Below are positions 53,771-64,000 of a DNA stretch of 64,000 nucleotides, in pieces. Made by a program: the position numbers and the translations under genes. Origin of the DNA: the human T2T-CHM13v2.0 reference genome, Homo sapiens. Where the stretch lies: NCBI RefSeq assembly GCF_009914755.1, contig NC_060929.1, one strand, 5' to 3'. Within the stretch, counting starts at the first letter, position 1; each line of letters begins with the position of its first letter. The notes below the pieces were generated by a model. The model saw only the letters and a list, made by a program, of their open reading frames with translations, was not told where the DNA came from and ran no database searches.

Positions 53771-56264
53771 ATAATGTTCTAGCCAGTTACTTTAACCTTC
53801 TGGCAACCAAAAAGTGATGATTTTTAATGTCATTTTTTATTTCGTAGAGAGAAATAATGTACATTATACAAGTTAATACACTTCCCATAATAATTTAGAA
53901 GAAACAAATCAACCTCTATTAGTAAACAGACACAAAACTCTCTTATTTATATTTAATTGTCCTAAGTACTTATAAGTATTAAAGACTTGAATATCAGGTA
54001 CAACACCTAGTTTGGAGAATCAAATTTTATATATTTCTGAAGTTAAGACATTGTTTTCACTGTGATACAATGGTCACAATAAATTTCTAACCTTAACACT
54101 AAATACTTACAGTGCTTTTCCTACAGACATCTCGTGAAATTGTAAAATTTTCTTTATGAATAGTTGATAGTTCTGAGTAATATTATAGGTGTGTCTTTCC
54201 TAAAATAATCCAATCTATAAATACATTGCAAAAGGTGGGGGGTGTGTTTAGTCTAGATTGTTAGGATATTGCTGGGATCAGCTTATAACACCAGATATAC
54301 AGTAGACATTAAAGAAATATTGATGACCACATGAAGAAAAGGAGTGAGGAGAAGGGAGAAGCTAAATACAGAGAGCTATAATACTTATCCTACAGATGAT
54401 AACATTTGCATGAATGGTTTAATTAAGAACTGTTGGAAGGAATGCCCAAGTTTATATTTAGATCCCTGTGCATCACCTAGAAAAATAAATGAAATTTAAC
54501 TGCATTTCATTTTCATGAGCCAATCTTACATTTATCCTGGTTATAAAAAGAAATGCTACAAATTTGTATACTATACAGTCTGCTGATTTACGTAGAAGGA
54601 ATACAAATTTAAATGTATATTAAGAGTCTTTGTTCTTTATATAAAATCTGGATAAATTGCCTGAAAGGACAATTAAAAAAAAACAATATTGGCCATTATT
54701 TGACTGAATAATATCCAGGGCTCTTGAGCACACAAAAGAGTCAACTTTTTGTGGCATTGTGATATATAAAATAAAAAATTTTCAAGGTAGAAAATTAGTT
54801 CTGCAGTCCTAGATTTGCCTGTTTATAGCTATGCATGTACCTAGGCATGTATAAGTTCTGCGGCACATATTATTTAGTTAAAATTGCTGAAATTGTTTTT
54901 ATATTTAAAATTATACTATGGTAGAATTTGTAAAGTTAACTTTTTTCCTCATTCCTGCAAATAGATGATTGTGTTAATCTATATTACAGATTTGATTATT
55001 TGCCTAAAAGCTAGTTATGTTCATCTGAATAACTAAATTGTTTTGTGCATGTAATCATAGTCTCTGGGATGAATTATCTAAAAAAAATTACCAAGTTAGG
55101 TCTTTTACAATATTGTTTTTCACAAATGATAAATACCTGTAGAATTCCCTTTGAATAAACAAAAGTACTTGTAAATAGGGTGAAAATATGATCTGAAATC
55201 CTTGAATAAATGCCTGGCAACTATTAAATTGGTTCATTTAAAGAAATAATAATCCCATTGGTAGCTTACAAAAAAGAAAAATCACAGTGGCTGTTTTAAG
55301 AGTTAGACTACTTAAATTACAATTAACCCTGAATAAATAATTTTTAAATCCGTTTACCTCAAGGCCACTGATTCCTCCTATACTTCATACCCACATTTGT
55401 AGCTATATAGAAGTCATTTTTATCCAAATACATTTCAAAGAAACATTTGGTAAAGAAAATGTCATCTTTGGCAGTAAATATCACATTTTAAAAATGTAAA
55501 TGCAAAACATTCTTTCAAATAAATGCACCACATTTCTTTTCAATTCATATTATCTATACAGAAGACAACACTCATTGGCTTTTCTTATTTACAGCAAGCT
55601 ACTATTCATCAATCCAATAATAGGAAGCTTCTTCCTATATATATGTAATGTTTAATATTAATAGTGTAGCTCAGAGTTATACACCTACTTACTACATTCC
55701 TTGGATAATGTAAAATAAAATGTATGTATCTATGAATATTAGCTTTGTGTAGATATCTTTATTATATTAAGCAAGACATTTATTTCTAAAAGTAATTAAA
55801 TACAGTGTTTCCAAGTTGACTCTTCCCAAAATTCAGTGATGTAAGAGTGGGAGTGTTATTTCGACCAGGTGATTGGGAGATTGCCTATGTCTTCAGTAGT
55901 ACCTAAGATTAAATGGAAGTTTCTTTAAAAATTATAATAAACATATAAAATGGTTGCTACTGAAATCCAAGTTTTAAGAAGAAAGTGAGCTTTTATCTTT
56001 GTAGATTTTTAAATGACACACATTTTTTTGTGTGTGGTAGATAAAGAAATGTCCAGTGATGAGAATAAACTAGAAACACATCACAGGATAGCAGATGAGC
56101 TTTAAGATATACTCCTAGACTGTATCCACGGACTACTTCTTGTGAGTCTGCAATGAGATAAGGAGCTTGTGAGAAGGTTAGTGAACTATCCTGTGTTGTA
56201 AAGTATGCTGCATATATAAAAAGTTCAGAAGACCGAATACAGTATCACAGGGTTGACAAGTATA

Positions 56265-56603
56265 AAATTGCCAACAGGGTTTACACTCCGTCTCAAGGCT
56301 CTGGGAAGAATTCATGCCTTGCCTCTCCTGGCTTCTGCTGGCTGCCAGCATCTTGTTTTGTTACTGCAAAATTCCAACATCTGTTTTACTGATCACATTG
56401 TCTTCTATTGTTATCTGTGAAATCTTTCTCTGCCTTGTAAAGACACTTGTAGTTGTATTTTGGGCCCACTGTATAATCTAGTATAATATCCCTATACCAA
56501 GATCGTTGATGTAACATCTATAAAGTCTTTTCCACGTAACATTCATAGGTTTCAAGAATTAGGATGTGGATGTCTTTACAGGGCCATCACTCAGCCTATT
56601 ACA
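56265..56603 (-). mobile_element. MLT1 (C/D-like) LTR fragment
   Basis: GGCTTCTG.TGGCTGCCAGCAT, TAAAGACACTTGT..TT..ATTT.GGGCCCAC, ending CAGCCTATTACA. Confidence 0.72.
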
Positions 56604-57089
56604 ACATTAAACAAATTAATTAAACATTTACTAGCAAACAAGAACTAAAAAATAAATAATACATTTACTATTCATTAACTTAAAACAAGTTGAAGAATTT
56701 GATAGTGAGACAAAGTACATTTTCCTTCTTTAGTGTACTTTTTGACCCCTAATAATACATCATTTGTTACAAATTATCTCTTTTCTTAATGAATTTTAAT
56801 ATAAAAAAGTTCTCATTGTTAATTTAAAATTTTAATTGTTAAGGGCATTATAAATTTTTTTACATTTTCTATTGCTAAATGATAGAAAACATTGATATGA
56901 AACATTTTTCCACTTATGTAATAATGCATAATCTTTAATTTTATATGTATATGTACCATATTAAATGCACAATAATTTATAAGCCATCCTGAAATGTTCA
57001 GAAAACATCAGGCAATCGAAAAATAAATTACTGTCTTTATTTTATAATGGCTGAACAACTCAATCTTGCTTATATTTAATAGCAGTTAA

Positions 57090-57479
<390 letters not shown>

Positions 57480-57539
57480 TAATTTTTCATCTTACAGAGT
57501 TGTGTTATTTTAATGTTCTTTCTCAAGTTAGATAGATTT

Positions 57540-57962
57540 TGACAAAGATACACTTTTGGATCAAACCTTAGACAGTCTCCTCTGAGTTTCACTATGGGCC
57601 CCATCTTTGGATGTGTCCTCCAAGAGCCTAGTTTTAGCAAGAATCCTGTAAAGTTGGTTTAGCCAGCATCCCTGGCGCTTACTATCTGAACATGCTGGTT
57701 GGCTTTCAGCAAGAATCCTACTAAGTGACGTCAAAGTTCTGCCTTCCTTCTGACGTTTCCAACTAGTAATTTTTCATTCACTTCCCTTGGCCAGCTTCTT
57801 GGCTATAAACTCACACCTTTTGTTTTTGTGTTTGGAATTGACCCGATTTCTCTTACCCACTGCAAAACTTCATTGCAGTAGTCCCTATACTTATTCTGAT
57901 AGTCCAGAATAAAGTCTGCATTGCTATTTTAACAAGTATCCTGAATAATTTTTCTTTAAACA
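57540..57962 (+). mobile_element. MER31-family ERV1 solo LTR
   Basis: TGACAAAGA...TTTTAGCAAGAATCCTG...AATAAAGTC...GAATAATTTTTCTTTAAACA. Confidence 0.8.
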
Positions 57963-59039
57963 GTTTGAATTGCATTCTGTAGCAGCAAATACATATGTAT
58001 TACACATTTTTGTTCTTCTTAAAAATGTAAAGGCAAAGCTAAAAAGCCACCAGGGACCACATGAAATCAAGGACCAAAGAATTAGAGTGTATGGATACAT
58101 GCACACAATTTTATCTCTTGGCCACCCGTCACAGTTTTATGTGCCTCTTAGAGTTAAATTCTTAAATTATTTAAATTAAACTTATGCCAACGAGCTGCTC
58201 TTTCAGGATTTGGCTCTCCTTTTCTCTTGATTCCTACAGAGCTGTGCATTCTGCAGATAGATTACTGAAATATGCATTGTCACTTTTTTTCCCTCTTGAT
58301 AAATGGTACCTTTTCTTTGTTAATTGTTCTGCATTTATACACAGGAATATTTATTTTTATAAAAGTTTTTATTTATAATTTGAAGAGATCATGCTTCATA
58401 ACTTCACCTGGCTATAATTGCTATACAAGATGGACATATCCGATGTAAGGCAGGGGTCTCCAAGCCCTGGGCCGTGGAGTGATACCAGTCCCTGGCCTGT
58501 TAGGCGCTGGGCCGCACAGCAGGAGGCAAGCGGCGGGTGAGTGGAGTGAAGCTTCGTCTGTATTTACAGCTGCTCCCTATCGCTCACATTACTGCCTGAG
58601 CTTCGCCTACTGTTAAATCAGCAGTGGCATTAGATTTTCATAGGAACTAGAACCCGATTGTGAACTGCGCATGTGTGCGATCTAGGTTGTTTGCTACTTA
58701 TGAGAATCTAATGATGCCTGATGATTTGAGTTGGTACTGACGTGGTGATGCTAGCGCTGGGAAGCAGCTGCAAATACAGATTAACATTAGCAGAGAGGTT
58801 TAACTGCACAGAGACCATAATAAATCAATTGCTTGCAGACTCATATCAAAACCCTATCAGTGAGTGGCAAGTGACAAGCTGCAGCTGGTGGCATAATTTA
58901 CGTAAGAACCCAACACTTATTTTAGTCAGTGTGCGGCCTGCCCATTATTTTATCTACCACTTCCACCTGTGCCACTTTCCTGCGCTGTGGACTTGTCTTA
59001 GTCACGGTTTTTTTAAGCTCACAAGCTAACCCTAGCCAA

Positions 59040-60770
59040 GAAGGAATAAAAAACAAACATCACTGGGGAGCTTATTTGAAAAAGGGGGAAGACCCAGTGA
59101 TGCAACAGCAGAAGACTCTAAGATGGCCACGAAAAACAAAGCTGTATTTAGAAGAATATACCTACCAAGTCCTACTTAAATTATGGGTTCATTGCAACAG
59201 GTGATTTACATCCTTCAAGCACACTTTTTATGCTATGTGGTGACTGGCTATCCAATGAAGTCACGAAACCTTCAAAACTGTTTTGCCACATGGAGACCAA
59301 GCGCCCTGTGTCAAAAGACAAGCCTTTGAAATTTTTTCAAAGAATAAAACATAGCCACGAAGAACAGAGGCAGTTATTAAAGGCCACCACTTCATCAAAT
59401 GTGTCTGTACTGACAGCAAAAATTCTTAGTGGCTACCTGCATTGCTAAATCTAAGAAGCCCTTTACTATTGGTGAAGAGTTGATCTTGTCTGCTACTAAG
59501 AACATTTGCCTTGAACATTTAGGAGAGACTGTAGTTCAAAAGGTGGCATGTGTTCCTCTATCAGCTAGCACCATAATTAGATGAACTGATGAAATAGCAG
59601 AGGATATTGAGGTACAGTTGTTAGAGAGGATTAATGAGTCACCATGGCATGCAATCCAGGTCAACAAGTCTACCGATATTGACAGCAAGGCAACAATGCT
59701 TGTTTTCACATGATATATTTTACAGCAGGATGTGCATGAGGATATGTTATGTGCACTTTTGTTGCCAACCAACATCACAGATGCAGAACTGAGTCTTTGA
59801 ATGATTACATATCAGGAAAACTGAACTGGTAATTTTGTGATAGTATATGCACAGAGTGGCTGCCATGATGAGCAACAACTGTGTTCAAGTTGGCAGGTAA
59901 AGTGGCTGCTTTTAAAGCTAAGCTGGTATTATGGGGGTAACAAGAGAACACTGAGATTTCTGACATGTTTCAAACATTAGCAGAGATTTTGAAAGAGACT
60001 GAGCCAGGGCTTCTTTTAGCAGAGACTTCTTTTTTTTTTTTTTTGAGAGGGAGTCTTGCTCTACAAGCTCCGCCTCCAAGGTTCACGCCATGCTCCTGCC
60101 TCAGCCTTCTGAGCAGCTGGGACTACAGGCTCCCGCCACCATGCCTGGCTAACTTTTTATATTTTTAGTAGAGATTGGGTTTCACCGTGTTAGCCAGGAT
60201 GGCTACGATCTCCTGACCTCGTGATCCGCCTGCCTCAGCCTCCCAAACTGCTGGGATTGCAGGCATGAGCCACTGAGCCCGGCCTAGCAGAGATCTTGAA
60301 AGAGACTGAGCCAGGGCCTTCTTTCTCCCAGTTGGTGCATGATCACCTATCTCAGCTTTCAAAAGAGTTTTAGCATTACTTCCCAACCACAAAAGACTCT
60401 CAAACTGGGAAGAAGTGGATCTGCTACTTATTTGTAAATAAGCCAAGTGAATCAATTTTGTCTCTACTAGAAGAGGATCAACTGCTTCAGGTCACAAATG
60501 ACAGTGGCCTTAAAAGTATGTTTGAGACAACTTCAAATCTCCATATGTTCTGGATTAAAGGCAGAATATCCTGAGATTGCCACAAAAGCACTGAAAAACC
60601 TGCTTCCATTACCAACATCCAATCTTTGTGAAGCAGGGTTTTCTTCAGTGAAAGCAACTAAAACGAGATTACAGCATAGGAGGGACAAAAGCAACACACT
60701 TTGGGTGTCACTGTGTCCCATCACCCCCATCTAGTTATAGAAAAACAAGTTCAGGGCTCCCACTGATTCT
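59040..60770 (+). pseudogene. Decayed hAT/Charlie transposase
   Basis: LCGDWLSNEVTKPSKLFCHMETK (BED-finger-like region) and YPEIATKALKNLLPLPTSNLCEAGFSS (hAT C-terminal dimerisation motif). Stops, frameshifts, a deletion and an Alu insertion. Confidence 0.85.
60027..60284 (-). mobile_element. AluY with ~41-bp internal deletion in the right monomer, inserted in Charlie3
   Basis: GAGTCTTGCTCT joins directly to ACAAGCTCCGCC. TSD TAGCAGAGA... Confidence 0.9.
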
Positions 60771-60966
60771 ACATTATGGTAAGTTTTATAACTATTTCAT
60801 TATATATTGCAGTGTAATAATAATAGAAATAAAGTGCACAATAAATGTAATGCATTTGAATCATCCCAACACCATCCCTTGACATGGCTCATGAAAAAAA
60901 TTGTCTTATCTGAAACAAGTCACTGGTGCCAAAATGGTTGAGGACCACTGATGTAAGGTGTTTCTT

Positions 60967-61268
60967 TTTTTCTTTTTTTCTTTTTTTTTGAGATGGAGTC
61001 TTGCTCTGTTGCCCAGGCTAGAGTGCAGTGGCGCAATCTCAGCTCACGGCAACCTCCACCTCCCGGGTTTAAGCAATTATCTGCCTCAGTCTCCCAAGTA
61101 GCTGGGATTACGGGCATGTGCCACCATGCCCAGCTACTTTTTGTATTTTTAGTAGAGACAGGGTGACCTCATCTTGGGCAGGCTAGTCTTGAACTCCTGA
61201 CCTCGTGATCTACCTGCCTTGGCCTCCCAAAGTGTTGGGATTACAGGCCTGAGCCATTGCGCCCGGTC
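60967..61268 (-). mobile_element. AluS (Sg-like)
   Basis: Full dimer. TSD GGTGTTTCTT. Confidence 0.92.
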
Positions 61269-61279
61269 GGGTGTTTCTT

Positions 61280-61290
61280 TCTGTTTGCTT

Positions 61291-61330
<40 letters not shown>

Positions 61331-61626
61331 TTTTAAGATGGAGTCTTGCTCTGTCCTCAGGCTAGAGTGCAGTGGCGTGATCTTGGCTCACTGCAACCTC
61401 TGCCTGCAACCTCTGCCTCTGGTGTTCAAGCGATTGTCCTGCCTCATCTTCCCGAGTAGCTGGGACTACAGGTGCCCAACACCACACCCAGCTAATTTTT
61501 GTATTTTTAGTAGAGACGGGGTTTCACCATTTTGGCCAGGATGGTCTCAATCTCTTGACCTTGTGATTTGCCTACCTTGGCCTCTCAAAGTGCTGGGATT
61601 ACAGATGTGAGCCACCGCGCCCAGAA
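61280..61626 (-). mobile_element. AluS (Sc-like) with (TTTA)n tail and small internal tandem duplication
   Basis: GCAACCTCTGCCT occurs twice in tandem. 17-bp TSD. Confidence 0.92.
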
Positions 61627-62158
61627 CAGGTTGGGTGTTTCTTATAAATGCTATGATCCTGACCATTTAAAATCAATTTTTCTTTGATTTTTATTTTCAA
61701 TTAATTGGATCATAGCTTAGATTACGTGACCTCTCTAAGTATTAGTCCACCCTAAAACTGTCTTCTTTGGATCACTCAAACAGTTCAGACAAATTTTTAA
61801 ACACTACAAAGAAAGACTCCCATATAAGGAAAATGTGTACTCTTACTTATAGTAAAATCAGTTGGTAAGTTAACCCAACCTATGAACTCCTTTATTAAAC
61901 AGCATTCCTCAATTTAAGGGATTGACCCTGATAACTGTGTCTGTACAACCTCAGCACATAGGCAATATTGGTGGGGGCAAAGTGTTTATACTTGATTCAA
62001 GCTGAATCAAGCAAATTCTCATTTAAGAAATTTTAAATTTAAGGATAAAGACACTACTTTCTCTCTGTAGGTCTCATTTAAAATTAGGTGTTTTGACTGG
62101 TCATCTTCTACCAGATGTTCAGAGACACAGAGAAATCTGTTAAAACAGAAAACAATAA

Positions 62159-62509
<351 letters not shown>

Positions 62510-62528
62510 ATTTTTCACATTCTTTCAG

Positions 62529-62853
62529 TTTCTTATTTCTTTTTATTTTCTTTTTTATTTTTTAATTTTAGTGATGGGGTCTTGCTCTGTCACCCAGGCT
62601 GGAGTGCAGTGGCATGATGATAGCTCACTGCAACCTTGAACTCTTGTGCTCAAATGACCCTCCCACCTCAGCCTCCTGAGGAGCTGGAACTACAAGCACA
62701 TGCCATAATGCCCTGCTAATTTTATTTTATTTTTTTGTAGAGTTAGGGTTCATTTAGTTGCCCAGACTGGTCTGGAACTCCTGGCTTCAAGCAGTCCTTC
62801 TGCCTGGGCCTCCCAGATGCTGGAATTACAGGTGTGAGCCATTGTGTGAGGCC
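62529..62853 (-). mobile_element. AluJ
   Basis: ATAGCTCACTGCAACCTTGAACTC and CCTGGCTTCAAGCAGTCC J-type motifs. Confidence 0.9.
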
Positions 62854-62896
62854 TCGCTCTTTGAGTTTCTAATTTTAACCCATCATAAAGGATTAT

Positions 62897-63238
62897 TGTA
62901 TTGGTCTGTTCTCACACTGCTATAAAGATAATACCTGAGACTGGGTAATTTATGAACAAAAGAGGTTTCATGGACTGACAGTCTGCATGGCTGGGTAGGC
63001 TTCAGGAAACTTACAATCATGGCAGAAGGTGAAGGGGAAGAAGGGCATGTCTTACATGGTAGCAGGAGAGACAGAGAGCCCAGGGAAAAATGTGAAACAC
63101 TTATCAAACAACCACGAGAACAGCATGGGGGAAACTGCCCTCATGATCCAATCACCTCCCACCAGGTCCCTCCCTCAACATACGGGGATTACAATTGGAG
63201 ATGAGATTTGGGTGGGAACACAGAGCCAAACCGTATCA
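62897..63238 (-). mobile_element. MSTA/THE1D-like solo LTR with small internal deletion
   Basis: TGTATTGGTCTGTTCTCACACTGCTATAAAG...GAGCCAAACCGTATCA. Confidence 0.88.
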
Positions 63239-64000
63239 ACAACTGTGCTCACTTGAACCTGTGTTTCATCAGTTATTATATCTTGAAGCCAGATACATCT
63301 TTACTTAAATACCTTCTCACATGTTTGGCATATAATGAAAGACAAATATACTCACCTTCAAAAAATAGCTCCCTTTTAGAATATTAAAATCGATAGACCA
63401 AGGACCTGACTCAATAGAGCAAGTATGATCCTAAATTGAAGATATAAGATTTTAATTTTGAGATTCTATTTATTAGATATTTTTGATTTGTTATTGTTTT
63501 AGCTAAGTTCTACAACAGTTATTTCCTCTTGGTATTTTTTCAAATTATTGAAAATATCTTTTTTTAAAAAAATTCAAGAATGTCTGTTTAAAGATTTTTC
63601 TATTTGTTGAACTATAATCTATAGTTACTATTTACTGAGAGCCTAAAATATGCCAAGCCCTCTTTTTCATATATATTTTCTAATTTAATTTCCACAATAT
63701 CCTATCCAGAAATGTATATATCTGCAAATATAGTGCAAGTTCAACTTGAAATTCAAACATCTGAAGTGTCCTGTCATAATGTCCTATCGTAGCTAATGTC
63801 TCAGAGTTCACTTCCATAAAGGATGATATCTCTAATTTTTGCATCATTTCATCAAAATTCACTCATAGGCAATGTAAATCTTCTGCTCTTTTATTTTAAG
63901 GCACCATAGCTAGCACTTGCTTCAGTCTGCATGTTTCCTTTGGCTAGATTCTCTCCTCTTTAGAAGCAATTCAGTAAACAAGGAGAGAAAACTATAATTC

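Larger units (their letters stand above)
58451..60950 (+). mobile_element. Charlie3/MER1-family hAT DNA transposon, internally deleted
   Basis: TIRs CAGGGGTCTCCAA / TTGAGGACCACTG. Perfect 8-bp TSD ATGTAAGG (58443-58450 and 60951-60958). MER1-type subterminal sequence. Confidence 0.92.

Noticed and set aside
59040-60770. Possible domesticated ZBED-like gene
   Set aside because: Multiple stops, frameshifts, a deletion and an Alu insertion, with TIRs and TSD retained. A dead transposon.

Overview
AT-rich primate (very probably human or ape) non-coding DNA, [14 protein letters not shown] a gene desert or large intron, and dominated by interspersed repeats. I find no credible protein-coding gene, RNA gene or CRISPR array. 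The ORFs I examined are explained by L1, Alu, LTR, DNA-transposon or microsatellite sequence, or by chance. Recognisable content includes many Alus (J, S and Y lineages), several L1 fragments, and a solo LTR12C nested in an LTR22. There is also a heavily interrupted MER65-type provirus, a complete MST/THE1-type MaLR provirus, other MaLR/ERV LTRs, MER2, Tigger3 and a Charlie3/MER1-type hAT element with transposase remnants. Family names come from recalled consensus sequences and need RepeatMasker/Dfam confirmation. I do not see evidence for a new biological system. The most interesting signals are structural: (1) an L1PA insertion with a 5' inversion, a ~640-bp 3' transduction and a 16-bp TSD; (2) a 227-bp, ~95% identical inverted copy of nearby unique DNA inserted into Tigger3; (3) a palindromic junction of two MER65 LTR ends; (4) an AluY cluster sharing non-consensus variants; (5) small templated repeats and hairpins.
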